This document shows, in pieces, positions 17,576-27,838 of a DNA stretch of 64,000 nucleotides. This DNA is from Candidatus Omnitrophota bacterium. GTDB taxonomy: Bacteria; Omnitrophota; Gorgyraeia; B26-G9. The notes beneath the pieces were generated by a model. That model worked only from the letters and a program-made list of their open reading frames with translations. It made no database searches and was not told where the DNA came from. A program made the position numbers and the translations under genes. Location: positions 430 to 64,429 of the forward strand of contig JAZDHG010000009.1 in assembly GCA_043806135.1 (NCBI GenBank), in the 5' to 3' direction. Numbering within the stretch: position 1 is the stretch's first letter; each line of letters begins with the position of its first letter.

Positions 17576-18723
17576 GTAACGAGTTACTATTGGTATTAGA
17601 TTATATTGAACGGGAGAAAGGTATTGATAAGTCCATTATTATTTCTGCGATTGAATTAGCTTTGCTTTCTGCTGCTCGCAAACGTTTTGGAGAAGATAAG
17701 GAGCTTAGTGTTAGTATCGACGAAAAAACCGGGAAAATTATTGTAATGCGAGATAATGCAAAGATCAATGAAGGTGATTTTGGACGAATTGCGGCTCAAA
17801 CGGCCAGGCAGATCATTACCCAGAAGATCAGAGAGGCTGAAAGAGAAGTAGTTTATAATGATTTTCAGGCGAAAATAGGAGACATTACAAACGGTATTGT
17901 GCATCGCTTTGAAAGGGGTAATATTATTGTGGATCTTGGAAAAACGGAAGGGGTTTTGTCTTATAAGGAGATATTGCCTAATGAAGAGTTTAAACAGGGA
18001 CAAAGGGTCCGGGCTTTGATCTTAGCTGTTAAAAAGACAAACAAAGGCCCTCAGATCATTCTTTCCAGGACCAATGCCGGATTTGTAAAGCGTTTGTTTG
18101 AACTTGAGGTGCCGGAAATTTATGAGGGCATTGTTGATATAAAATCGATTTCCCGTATGGCAGGAGAACGTACAAAGGTTGCGGTAAGTTCCAAGGATGA
18201 AAAAATTGACTGCGTAGGGGCTTGTGTCGGTGTGAGAGGTTCAAGAATTAAAAATATTGTAATGGAACTGCACGGTGAGAAAGTTGACATAGTCCGCTGG
18301 CATGAAGAAATAAAGGAATACGTGAAAGCGGCGATAAGCCCTGCCAAAGTAACGAAAATAGACTTGAAATTAGAAGAAAAAAAAATGAATGTTGAGGTCG
18401 ATGATGATCAGCTTTCTCTGGCAATAGGTAAAAAGGGGCAAAATGTGCGGCTGGCTTCAAAGCTTATCGGATGGTCCATAAACATTATGAGTGCTTCACA
18501 GGTCAAAGAGGGAAATGAAAAGGAAAAAACTGCGGCAAAACAGTCAGTTCTTGGCAGTATCTCCGGCATAGGTAAAAAAACACTGGAGGCGCTTATTGAT
18601 GCGGGGTTTGATGATATTGCGGTTCTGTCTAAAGCGCAGGTAAGTGATTTGACTGCTGTTAAGGGTGTTGGAAAAAAACGTGCTGCGCATATACTTGAAG
18701 AAATAAAAAATATTGAAAAATAG
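17572..18723 (+). CDS. nusA: Transcription termination/antitermination factor NusA
   Basis: NusA N-terminal domain, S1 and two KH domains; conserved operon position. Confidence 0.9.
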   Translation: MSNELLLVLDYIEREKGIDKSIIISAIELALLSAARKRFGEDKELSVSIDEKTGKIIVMRDNAKINEGDFGRIAAQTARQIITQKIREAEREVVYNDFQAKIGDITNGIVHRFERGNIIVDLGKTEGVLSYKEILPNEEFKQGQRVRALILAVKKTNKGPQIILSRTNAGFVKRLFELEVPEIYEGIVDIKSISRMAGERTKVAVSSKDEKIDCVGACVGVRGSRIKNIVMELHGEKVDIVRWHEEIKEYVKAAISPAKVTKIDLKLEEKKMNVEVDDDQLSLAIGKKGQNVRLASKLIGWSINIMSASQVKEGNEKEKTAAKQSVLGSISGIGKKTLEALIDAGFDDIAVLSKAQVSDLTAVKGVGKKRAAHILEEIKNIEK

Positions 18724-18880
18724 GGTTCTTTCTTGTTTAAATTGAACGAAACAACCTGATTATACCGATTAAAAGTCCGATTACAGGGGGCATTTTTAAT
18801 TTGTTATAATAACTTGCAAATCATTAAGTTATATAAAACTATTCAACCTAATTAAGAATGACCCAAAAATAAGGGGTTAT

Positions 18881-20857
18881 ATGAGTAAAAGAGTTCATGA
18901 ATTAGCAAAAGAACTGGGATACTCCAGTAAAGAGCTGGTCAAAAAGCTCAATGAAATGCATGTTGATGTCAAGGGGCATATGAGTGCTATTGACGATGAA
19001 ACTGCAGAAATTGTGTGTCATGAACTCCTGGCTAAAAAAGAACCGGAAAAGAAAAAACAAAAAATAAAAAAGAAGGGGGAAGAAAAAGCAGCCCCGGAAT
19101 TAAAACCATTACAGGTTAAAGTCCCCATAAGTGTGAAAGACTTTGCTTCTAAAATTAATAAGAGTTCTCCAGATGTGATTAAAAAATTAATGACAATGAA
19201 AATCATGGCCTCGGTTAATCAAAATCTTGATGAGGAAACTACCAGACAAATAGCTCGGGAATTCGGTTTTTCCCTGGAAAAAGCACTAACTGAAGAAGAG
19301 ACCCTGCTGATCAAACACAAGCAATCCGATAACGGACAGGGGCTCAAGTTTAGATCTCCGGTAGTCACACTGATGGGACATGTTGATCATGGGAAAACAT
19401 CATTACTCGATGTTTTGCGCAAATCAAATCTAACCTCTAAAGAAGCGGGCGGAATAACGCAGCATATAGGCGCCTATGAGGTGAACCTTCCTAAGGGTAA
19501 AATAACATTTTTGGATACTCCGGGGCACGAGGCTTTTACGGCTATGCGCTCAAGAGGAGCGACAATTACGGATATTGTTATTGTTGTTGTGGCTGCGGAT
19601 GACGGGTTAATGCCCCAGACGTATGAGGCGATTAATCATGCCAAGGCAGCGGGTGTGCCTATGGTTGTTGCCATAAATAAAGTAGATTTGCCGGGAGCTG
19701 ATGTTGATAAAGTAAAAAGACAGCTTGCTGATATCGGCCTGACCAGTGAAGACTGGGGCGGCAGTACTATTACAGTTGAAGTTTCGGCAAAAAAAGAAAC
19801 AGGGATTAAAAAACTGCTTGAGATGATATTGCTTGAAGCAGAAATGCTTGAACTCAAAGCGAACCCGGACCGGGTAGCAAAAGGTGTTATTATTGAAAGC
19901 AAACTTTCAAGAGGCAGTGGTCCCACGGCAACAATGCTTGTGCAGAGCGGAACATTGCATCCGGGAGATGTTTTTGTCTGCGGCTTGACTCACGGCAAGA
20001 TAAAATCAATGACCAATGATCTGGGCGAAAGGATGGAAAGTGCCGGACCTTCTGTTCCTGTTGAAATATCTGGGATATCTCATGTGCCTATGGCTGGTGA
20101 TAAATTCTATGTTGTTGAGGATGAAAAAAAAGCCAGGGAACTTTCCGTTGCTAAGAATGAAAACCTGCGTCAGGAAAAGCTTATGCCTGCGCAGCGGGTC
20201 AGTTTGGAGGATCTTTTTAACCGGGCACAAGAGGGAAAGATCAAGGAGCTTAAGATTATCATTAAATCCGATGTACAGGGATCGCTTGAGGCCTTAGGCA
20301 GTTCTTTGCAGCAATTAGGGACAAAGGATATCGGTGTTGCCATTATCCATTCTCAGGTAGGAACGATCAGCGAGTCGGATGTAATGCTGGCTATCGCAAG
20401 TGAGGCTGTAATTATAGGTTTTCATGTGGGAATCGATGCTAAAGCCAAGGAAGTCGCGGGAAAAAAGGCTGTTGATATCAGGCTTTACCGTATTATTTAT
20501 GAGGCGATAAACGACGTGCGTTTAAGCATGGAAGGACTGCTTGAGCCTACGATCAAAGAAACGTTTCTCGGAAGGGCTAAAATTCTGCAGGTTTTCAAGA
20601 TCTCAAAGCTGGGTAAAATATGCGGCTGTATGGTTGTAAAGGGAAAATTTGTGCGTAATGCGGAAATTGCCCGCCTTTTTCGTAATGAGGAATGCCTATA
20701 CGAGGGCAAACTGGAATCATTGAAGAGATACAAGGATGATGTGAAAGAAGTGGGCGAAGGGCTTGAATGTGGTATCGGGCTTGATAAGTTTGATTCCATG
20801 CAAAGCGATGATATTATTGAGTGTTATCGACTCGAAAAAATTGCACGAAAATTATAA
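18881..20857 (+). CDS. infB: Translation initiation factor IF-2
   Basis: [26 protein letters not shown]-motifs; IF2 domain order. Confidence 0.95.
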   Translation: MSKRVHELAKELGYSSKELVKKLNEMHVDVKGHMSAIDDETAEIVCHELLAKKEPEKKKQKIKKKGEEKAAPELKPLQVKVPISVKDFASKINKSSPDVIKKLMTMKIMASVNQNLDEETTRQIAREFGFSLEKALTEEETLLIKHKQSDNGQGLKFRSPVVTLMGHVDHGKTSLLDVLRKSNLTSKEAGGITQHIGAYEVNLPKGKITFLDTPGHEAFTAMRSRGATITDIVIVVVAADDGLMPQTYEAINHAKAAGVPMVVAINKVDLPGADVDKVKRQLADIGLTSEDWGGSTITVEVSAKKETGIKKLLEMILLEAEMLELKANPDRVAKGVIIESKLSRGSGPTATMLVQSGTLHPGDVFVCGLTHGKIKSMTNDLGERMESAGPSVPVEISGISHVPMAGDKFYVVEDEKKARELSVAKNENLRQEKLMPAQRVSLEDLFNRAQEGKIKELKIIIKSDVQGSLEALGSSLQQLGTKDIGVAIIHSQVGTISESDVMLAIASEAVIIGFHVGIDAKAKEVAGKKAVDIRLYRIIYEAINDVRLSMEGLLEPTIKETFLGRAKILQVFKISKLGKICGCMVVKGKFVRNAEIARLFRNEECLYEGKLESLKRYKDDVKEVGEGLECGIGLDKFDSMQSDDIIECYRLEKIARKL

Positions 20858-20860
20858 AAA

Positions 20861-21844
20861 ATGAAAAAGAAAATTTTAAGCGGCATGCGCCCTACAGGCA
20901 AACTTCATCTGGGCCATTTAGTCGGTGCCTTAAAAAACTGGAGTTTGCTGCAGAGTGATTACGAATGTTTCTTCATGGTGGCTGACTGGCATGCCTTGAT
21001 GAGTGAGTACAAAGATCCGTCCAGATTAAAAGAATTTTCATTGGATAATGTAATAGATTGGATCAGCTGCGGTATCGATCCTGATAAAGCAACCATATTT
21101 ATTCAATCTCAAATACCCGAACATCTTGAGCTTTATATGGTTCTGTCATGCGTAACCCCTCTTGGCTGGCTGGAACGCTGTCCAACCTACAAGGAGCAGC
21201 TTAGGGAGCTGAAGACAAGACAGCTGAACAACTATGCTTTTCTGGGATATCCGGTATTGCAGGCAGCGGATATACTGCTTTATAAGTCAGAGGTGGTCCC
21301 TGTGGGAGAAGACCAGCTTCCGCATCTTGAACTTACCCGGGAAATAGCCCAAAAATTTAATCATCTGTACAAAAAAAATATATTTCCCCATCCACAGGCA
21401 AAGCTGACTAAAACATCCCGCTTAACGGGACTTGACGGAAGAAAGATGTCAAAAAGTTATGATAATTATATCGGCTTGAGTGATACGGCTGAGGAAATAA
21501 GTAAAAAAGTGATGAGTATGTTTACGGATCCAAAGCGGATTAAACTAACCGATCCGGGCAGACCCGAGGTATGTAATGTATACAGTTATTACAGGGTATT
21601 TGCGGATGAAAGCATATGCACGGTTGTTGAAAATGAATGCCAAAGGACAAAAAGGGGATGCACTGATTGTAAAAAACAATTTTCCTCTGTGCTTAATGAG
21701 TACCTTAAACCTATTCGGGAAAAAAGAAAAGAGCTGATGGGTGATAAAAATACTGTTATCAGAATCCTGGAAAAAGGCAGAGTGAAAGCGCATAGTGTTG
21801 CTAGGGCTACAATGGATGAAGTGCGACATACGATTGGGTTATGA
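20861..21844 (+). CDS. trpS: Tryptophanyl-tRNA synthetase with C-terminal Cys4 cluster
   Basis: HIGH-type motif (TGKLHLGHLVGAL), KMSKS, plus C-terminal C-x21/22-C-x6-C-x2-C. Confidence 0.9.
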   Translation: MKKKILSGMRPTGKLHLGHLVGALKNWSLLQSDYECFFMVADWHALMSEYKDPSRLKEFSLDNVIDWISCGIDPDKATIFIQSQIPEHLELYMVLSCVTPLGWLERCPTYKEQLRELKTRQLNNYAFLGYPVLQAADILLYKSEVVPVGEDQLPHLELTREIAQKFNHLYKKNIFPHPQAKLTKTSRLTGLDGRKMSKSYDNYIGLSDTAEEISKKVMSMFTDPKRIKLTDPGRPEVCNVYSYYRVFADESICTVVENECQRTKRGCTDCKKQFSSVLNEYLKPIREKRKELMGDKNTVIRILEKGRVKAHSVARATMDEVRHTIGL

Positions 21845-22584
21845 AATATAAAGTTAATTTAGAAATTTTCGAAGGGCCGCTTGACTTATTGCTTTACCTT
21901 ATAAGGAAAAGCCATCTTAATATCTATGATATTCCTATTGCTAAGATTACTGAGCAGTATTTGGAATACCTGGAATTTATGCGTTTGCTGGATCTTGGTA
22001 TTGCCGGGGAATTTCTGGTTATGGCAGCGACCTTGATGCATATAAAATCAAAAATGCTGCTGCCTCCTGATGAAACCGAGCCTGAAGTTGAAGAAGAAGA
22101 TCCTAGGGCGGAACTTGTAAAAAAACTTCTTGAGTATAAGAAATTCAAGGAGGCGGCAAGCTATTTAGAGGAATGTGAAACCGTACAGCGTAAAATATTC
22201 AAGCGCATTAATCCTGCAGCGGATGTTGAGCCGGAAGAGGAGATTTTCTTTGAAACAAGCCTTTTTGATCTGATCGGAGCTTTTTCTAAAGCCTTGAAAG
22301 ATGTGCCCCGCGATATTTTCAAAGAGATCATTGAAGATGAGTTTACAGTTGATGGTAAGATACACGACCTGCTTCATGTTTTGGTCAAAAAGAGAAAACT
22401 CTCACTCAGCGAAATGTTTGAAAATGCAAAGAATAAGGTGGAGGTAGTGGTCACTTTTTTGGCTATTTTGGAGCTGATCAGACAGCAGGAAATCGTGGCG
22501 GCTCAAAAGGGACTGTTCGGAGAAATTTTTGTTTTTCTCAACGAAGAAAGAATTTTGCCTCCAATGCATGTTAGTACAATATAG
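21841..22584 (+). CDS. scpA: Segregation and condensation protein A
   Basis: ScpA N-terminus (FEGPLDLLLYLIRKSHLNIYDIPIAKIT). Confidence 0.85.
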   Translation: MKYKVNLEIFEGPLDLLLYLIRKSHLNIYDIPIAKITEQYLEYLEFMRLLDLGIAGEFLVMAATLMHIKSKMLLPPDETEPEVEEEDPRAELVKKLLEYKKFKEAASYLEECETVQRKIFKRINPAADVEPEEEIFFETSLFDLIGAFSKALKDVPRDIFKEIIEDEFTVDGKIHDLLHVLVKKRKLSLSEMFENAKNKVEVVVTFLAILELIRQQEIVAAQKGLFGEIFVFLNEERILPPMHVSTI

Positions 22585-22854
22585 ACATCCTGTAACGAGT
22601 GAGCATAGGGATGTCTTGATCTCAGAGATTAAAAACTTGATCACAGCGATATACTAATATAAATTAATCTTTGCCCCGAGAAATCTGCACCCTGAAATTT
22701 TTTTGGAATTTCGGGTACTTAGTCCTGGGAATGCTGCGCATTCCACAGGGGAAGATTTCCGGAGTTGGGTGCCCCGCAAGGGTATAATCTATTAATAACC
22801 GTTGTAATCAGGTATAATCCAGATTATGTATGAGGATTATACCAGGAGTTAAGT
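22585..22854 (+). repeat. Repeat family A, full copy (terminator-like hairpin + ~130-nt structured core + alternative helices ending in the scpB SD)
   Basis: About 95% identical over ~190 nt to 57856-58054; the 5' hairpin CATCC...GGATG+UCUUG resembles copies at 57803 and 1292. Confidence 0.7.
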
Positions 22855-23595
22855 ATGGACGAATTCAATCTAAAGAAAATAATTGAGGCGTTGATGTTTG
22901 TCAGCGAGAAGCCGCTCAACTTTAAGCAAATTTTAGAAATATGTTCAGAGACTGAATTGTCCGAGGTGAAGGACGCGATGAACCAATTGCAGGAGCATTA
23001 TAACCTTCATGAGCGGGGAATACATATCCGTGAAGTTGCCGGAGGCTATCAATTCTCCTCAAACCCTGATTGCGCCGATTATCTCAAAAAACTTTATAAG
23101 ACACGCCGGGTTTTTAGACTTTCGGCACCGGCCTTGGAAACACTTGCGATAATCGCTTATAAACAGCCGATAACCCGCTCTGAGATCGAATTTATTCGCG
23201 GGGTCAATGTGGATGGAGTTGTAAAAAACCTAGAGGACCGAGATCTAGTAAAAATAAAAGGACGCAAAGAGGTCCCCGGCAAGCCGTTGCTTTATGGGAC
23301 TACGGATACATTCCTGCACTATTTCGGCCTTAAATCATTGCAGGGTCTGCCGAGCTTGGAAGAATTTAAGGCTCAAAATATGGAATATGTGCAGGATGAG
23401 CAGCCATTGGTTCTGGAAGAAAGTACGGCCGGTATTGCTGTTGATCAAGATACGGAAAATTCCATTAATAATGAAAATGCTATCGCTCAGGACACCGGCG
23501 ATGCTTTAGTATCTGATGAAAATGAAGAGGTATTTGAAAACGGAGAAGAAGACGATGGGAAAAGTGAACATAAAGAAGCTGCGAGAAGCAATTAA
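22855..23595 (+). CDS. scpB: Segregation and condensation protein B
   Basis: ScpB N-terminal winged helix (IEALMFVSEKPL...) and an acidic C-terminal tail. Confidence 0.85.
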   Translation: MDEFNLKKIIEALMFVSEKPLNFKQILEICSETELSEVKDAMNQLQEHYNLHERGIHIREVAGGYQFSSNPDCADYLKKLYKTRRVFRLSAPALETLAIIAYKQPITRSEIEFIRGVNVDGVVKNLEDRDLVKIKGRKEVPGKPLLYGTTDTFLHYFGLKSLQGLPSLEEFKAQNMEYVQDEQPLVLEESTAGIAVDQDTENSINNENAIAQDTGDALVSDENEEVFENGEEDDGKSEHKEAARSN

Positions 23596-24625
23596 TGCAC
23601 TGGATGAAAAACTTGTCAGCACTTTAAATAAACGCACTGAACTGGCGATTAAGATCGGTAAGATAAAGGACAAGCTTAATAAAAGTGTTTATAGCCCTGA
23701 GCGTGAACAGGAAATATATAATAAATTAAAAAAAATAAACAAGGGCCCTCTGGACAATAAGGTTTTAACAGCAGTTTACCGTGAGATAATGTCCGGAACG
23801 ATTATGCTGCAAAGGCCGATGAAAGTGGCATATCTGGGGCCTGAGGCTACGTTTACTCATCTTGCCAGCCGGAAGAAATTCGGGGCACAGGTTGAGTATA
23901 TAAGCATGCAGACTATAACAGATGTTTTTACTGAGGTCGAGCGAGGCAACTGCGATTTTGGTGTTGTGCCTGTTGAAAACTCCATAGAAGGGGCTATAAG
24001 CCATACGCTTGATATGTTCGTTGATTCAGATCTTAAGATATGCTCTGAGATAAGCCTTGATGTTACGCATAATCTGCTGGCTAACTGCGATATCAAGGAT
24101 ATCAAAAAAGTTTACAGCAAATCACAGGTTTTCGGCCAGTGCCGTTTATGGCTGGAAAGTAATTTGCCGGGCCGGCACCTGATGGAGACTTCAAGTACTA
24201 CCAAGGCTGCTGAAATCGCGGCTTGTGAAAAAAATTCAGCGGCTATTGCCAGCTCTTTGGCAGCGCAGATCTATAAAGTAAATATAAAGGCAAAATCTAT
24301 TGAGGACAGTCCGCACAACGTAACGCGGTTTCTTGTGATTGGGGAGAAAGAGACAGGCTATACCGGCCGGGACAAAACATCAGTGCTTTTTTCCATCAAG
24401 GACCGGGTAGGTGCGTTGCATGATATGCTTCTAGCTTTTAAGAACGCAAAAATAAACCTGACAAAAATAGAATCCCGGCCGTCTAAGAAAAAAGCCTGGG
24501 ACTATTATTTCTTCGTTGATATGCAGGGGCATATTAAAGAACCGCGATTGAAAAAGGCATTGACAAACCTGGAAAAGAAATGCCATTTTCTTAAAATCGT
24601 GGGTTCCTATCCGCAAAGCGTTTAA
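23555..24625 (+). CDS. pheA: Bifunctional chorismate mutase / prephenate dehydratase (P-protein)
   Basis: CM domain (KLREAINALDEKLVSTLNKRTELA), PDT domain (VAYLGPEATFTH), C-terminal ACT domain. The start was chosen at the internal ATG to avoid an 80-nt overlap with scpB. Confidence 0.85.
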   Translation: MGKVNIKKLREAINALDEKLVSTLNKRTELAIKIGKIKDKLNKSVYSPEREQEIYNKLKKINKGPLDNKVLTAVYREIMSGTIMLQRPMKVAYLGPEATFTHLASRKKFGAQVEYISMQTITDVFTEVERGNCDFGVVPVENSIEGAISHTLDMFVDSDLKICSEISLDVTHNLLANCDIKDIKKVYSKSQVFGQCRLWLESNLPGRHLMETSSTTKAAEIAACEKNSAAIASSLAAQIYKVNIKAKSIEDSPHNVTRFLVIGEKETGYTGRDKTSVLFSIKDRVGALHDMLLAFKNAKINLTKIESRPSKKKAWDYYFFVDMQGHIKEPRLKKALTNLEKKCHFLKIVGSYPQSV

Positions 24626-24652
24626 AATATCAAATAATCCCGGAGACTAAGC

Positions 24653-25741
24653 ATGAGCATTAAAAAGTTAGTTAAAAAATCAATATTGACGGTTAAACCT
24701 TACAAGCCCGGCAAGCCTATTGAAGAGGTTAAACGCGAATTCGGCTTAACCCGTGTATATAAGATGGCTTCAAATGAAAACGCGTTAGGACCATCGCCTA
24801 GAGCGGTAGCGGCTATTAAAAAAGGTATTTTAAATATTCACCGCTATCCGGACGGCAATTGCTTTTATCTAAAAAAGGCATTGGCAAAAAAGTTTAAGCT
24901 GCCCCAGGAAAATTTGATAATCGGCAATGGTTCGGATGAAATCATAGTTCTTGCGCTGCGTACCTTTATCAATGAAGGAGATGAGGTAATAATCGCTGAG
25001 CCGACGTTCCTGGTCTATAAGATCGCCGCTGCAATTATCGGGGCAAAAATAGTCAGCGTGCCTTTAAAGGCGTATCATTATGACCTGGAGGCGATGAAGA
25101 AAAAAATAAACAAAAGAACAAAAATGATCTTCATTGCCAATCCGGATAACCCGACCGGAAGTTATGTTAATCGCAGGGAGGTAGAAAAATTTTTGAAGGG
25201 TCTGCCAAAAGATATGATCATATTTTTTGATGAGGCTTATTTTGAATATATGAATGCTCGAGATTATCCCAATTCCATGCGTTATCTGGGTGGAGGTAAT
25301 GTGATTGTCAGCCGCAGTTTTTCCAAGGCATATGGACTTGGCGGATTGCGTATCGGCTGGGCCGCGGCAAGTAAAGAAATAATCGGATATCTAAATCAGG
25401 TACGTGAGCCGTTTAATGTGAATATGCTTGCCCAGATCGCGGCTACAGCCGCGCTCAATGATAGAAATCATGTGATGAGATCGCGAAGACTTATAAAAGA
25501 AGGTAAAAAGTTTATATGTGAAGAATTACAAAAGATAAAATTATTTTATGTTCCAAGTGTTACTAATTTTATTTTGTTCAATGCCGGGAAAAAGAGCCTT
25601 CAGGTATATGATAATTTGATGCGCAAGGGAATTATCGTCAGGGAAATGTCTGCGTGGGGTTTGAAAAATTTCATACGGGTAACCATCGGCACAAATAAAG
25701 AAAACAGATTATTTGTAAAATTTCTTAAAAAATTTATTTAA
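24653..25741 (+). CDS. hisC: Histidinol-phosphate / aromatic aminotransferase (class II)
   Basis: PLP-lysine motif SFSKAYGLGGLRIGW; HisC-family length and motifs; lies in an aromatic amino-acid operon. Confidence 0.8.
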   Translation: MSIKKLVKKSILTVKPYKPGKPIEEVKREFGLTRVYKMASNENALGPSPRAVAAIKKGILNIHRYPDGNCFYLKKALAKKFKLPQENLIIGNGSDEIIVLALRTFINEGDEVIIAEPTFLVYKIAAAIIGAKIVSVPLKAYHYDLEAMKKKINKRTKMIFIANPDNPTGSYVNRREVEKFLKGLPKDMIIFFDEAYFEYMNARDYPNSMRYLGGGNVIVSRSFSKAYGLGGLRIGWAAASKEIIGYLNQVREPFNVNMLAQIAATAALNDRNHVMRSRRLIKEGKKFICEELQKIKLFYVPSVTNFILFNAGKKSLQVYDNLMRKGIIVREMSAWGLKNFIRVTIGTNKENRLFVKFLKKFI

Positions 25742-25762
25742 ATCTAATCGGGGGATAAAATA

Positions 25763-26776
25763 GTGATAATTGTTCTTAAAGCAAATACCACAAAGGAAGA
25801 AAAGCAAAGGATTATTGATAAGGTTCATTCTCTTGGCCTTAAAACTATGGTCTCTGATGGGGTAGAACGTTCAATAATCGGGGTTATCGGAGAGGAAGAT
25901 AAAATAAGACTGCAGCCGCTGGAGGCGTTTCCCGGTGTCGAACAGGTTATACCTGTGCTTTCTCCGTTTAAGCTTGTTTCCAGGGAATTCAAGCCTGAAA
26001 ATAGTCGTATAAAGATTAAAGATGTTACTATCGGCGGGGAGACGATTGTGATAATGGGCGGGCCCTGTGCCATAGAGAACCTGGAGACTTTGCGGGAAAT
26101 TGCCAAGAATGTTAAAAAGGCAGGTGCAACGGTTTTGCGGGGAGGCGCCTTTAAGCCAAGGACTTCACCCTATTCTTTCCAAGGACTTGGTGTCGAGGGA
26201 CTTAAAATAATGAAGCAGGTCTGTGACGAGGTTGGACTCTTAAGCATTAGCGAGGTTATAGATCCCCGCGATGTGGAATTAATGGCTGATTATGTTGATA
26301 TTATGCAGGTTGGAGCCAGAAATATGCAGAATTTTAACCTGCTTAAAGAGATCGGCAAGTGCAAAAGGCCGGTTGTGTTAAAAAGAGGCATGATGGCGAC
26401 AATAATAGAATTTCTTATGAGTGCAGAATATATCTTGAGCGAGGGTAATTTTAATGTTATCTTATGCGAACGCGGAATACGCACATTTGAGACATATACA
26501 CGCAATACCCTGGATATTAACGCTGTTCCGGCGGTCAAGATCCTTTCACACCTGCCGATTATTGTGGACCCTTCTCATGCTACCGGAAAATGGAGCCTGG
26601 TCACGCCGGTGAGCAAAGCGGCTATTGCCGCGGGCGCGGACGGTCTAATAGTAGAGGTGCATGTACACCCTGAGGAAGCGATGTCTGATGGTACTCAATC
26701 TTTGAATACGGAAAATTTTGCGACTTTGGTAAAAGAAGTCAGGGCTGTGGCTCATGCTGTGGGAAGAAAGAGCTGA
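25763..26776 (+). CDS. aroF: DAHP synthase, type I-beta, with N-terminal ferredoxin-like regulatory domain
   Basis: KDO8P/DAHPS TIM-barrel motifs (GARNMQNF, KRG, IVDPSH) and a ~75-aa N-terminal extension. Confidence 0.8.
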   Translation: MIIVLKANTTKEEKQRIIDKVHSLGLKTMVSDGVERSIIGVIGEEDKIRLQPLEAFPGVEQVIPVLSPFKLVSREFKPENSRIKIKDVTIGGETIVIMGGPCAIENLETLREIAKNVKKAGATVLRGGAFKPRTSPYSFQGLGVEGLKIMKQVCDEVGLLSISEVIDPRDVELMADYVDIMQVGARNMQNFNLLKEIGKCKRPVVLKRGMMATIIEFLMSAEYILSEGNFNVILCERGIRTFETYTRNTLDINAVPAVKILSHLPIIVDPSHATGKWSLVTPVSKAAIAAGADGLIVEVHVHPEEAMSDGTQSLNTENFATLVKEVRAVAHAVGRKS

Positions 26777-26779
26777 GAT

Positions 26780-27625
26780 ATGAGACTTAAATTTAAAAAA
26801 ACGGTTATTGTAGGTCCGGGGCTTATCGGAGGTTCTATCGGTATTTTTTTGCGTAAAAGCGGGATAGCCGCATCTGTGGTCGGGGTTGCCAGGCATAAAA
26901 GTACCTTGAGCAAAGCGTTAAAAAAAAGCGCCATTGACAAGGCCGAGACAGATCTGAAAAAAGCGGTTATTGATGCGGACCTTGTTCTGATTGCCACTCC
27001 GGTAGAAGCTTTAAAAAAAATAATGCGTGAAATAAAAGACAGCCTTAAACCAGGCTGTATTGTTTTTGATGTAGGAAGCACCAAAATGGAGATTGTTCTT
27101 CAGGCACAAAAGACGCTGCCGAGAAACGTGTATTTTATCGGCGCGCATCCTATGGCCGGATCTGAAAAGACAGGTGCAGAGTTTGCCAGGGGAGATCTTT
27201 TCAAAGGTTCGCTGTGTTTTATAACAAAGACTATAACTACGGAAAAAACAGCGTTGTTAAAAATTAAGGAACTCTGGAAAAGGCTTGGGGCAAAATGTGT
27301 TGAGATCGATCCCTATGTGCATGATAATATCGTTGCCTCTATCAGCCATCTACCGCATCTGATTAGTGCGGCGCTTGTAAATAGTGTTCCGGCTAATTAC
27401 CTTAAGTTTGCAGCCACGGGATTTAAGGATACTACTAGGATCGCTGGCGGAAGCCCTGAGATCTGGCACGATATTATCCTGAGTAATCGAAAAGCAATAC
27501 TGAAACAAATAGAAAAGTTTGAAGCTGTGTTAAAAAAACTGAAAAAATCTATAGTATTGAAGCAGGGGAAACAGCTTACCGGACAACTGCAGCAGGCGAG
27601 AGAAAAGAGGCAGGGGATAGAATAA
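26780..27625 (+). CDS. tyrA: Prephenate/arogenate dehydrogenase
   Basis: Rossmann GxGxxG (IVGPGLIGGSIG) and the TyrA catalytic-domain pattern (GAHPMAG). Confidence 0.8.
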   Translation: MRLKFKKTVIVGPGLIGGSIGIFLRKSGIAASVVGVARHKSTLSKALKKSAIDKAETDLKKAVIDADLVLIATPVEALKKIMREIKDSLKPGCIVFDVGSTKMEIVLQAQKTLPRNVYFIGAHPMAGSEKTGAEFARGDLFKGSLCFITKTITTEKTALLKIKELWKRLGAKCVEIDPYVHDNIVASISHLPHLISAALVNSVPANYLKFAATGFKDTTRIAGGSPEIWHDIILSNRKAILKQIEKFEAVLKKLKKSIVLKQGKQLTGQLQQAREKRQGIE

Positions 27626-27838
27626 GAATATCTGCCTGAATTTGTGGAAGCGCTTAAAAATTCACCATCATCTTTTATTAATTCGAGATTAAACACGAAA
27701 GAACCATTTTAAGTAAACCTCTTTAGAGAACTCTGTTCTCTGACGGTTTACGCGGACGGTGGCTTTAAACTATCGTCAATTTTAATAGGTAATAACTGCC
27801 GATTAAAATCAGTGGCTTCCTCTAACGGAGTAAACGGG

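Noticed and set aside
23294-23509. Alternate-frame 71-aa ORF inside scpB
   Set aside because: It overlaps a well-supported CDS in another frame.
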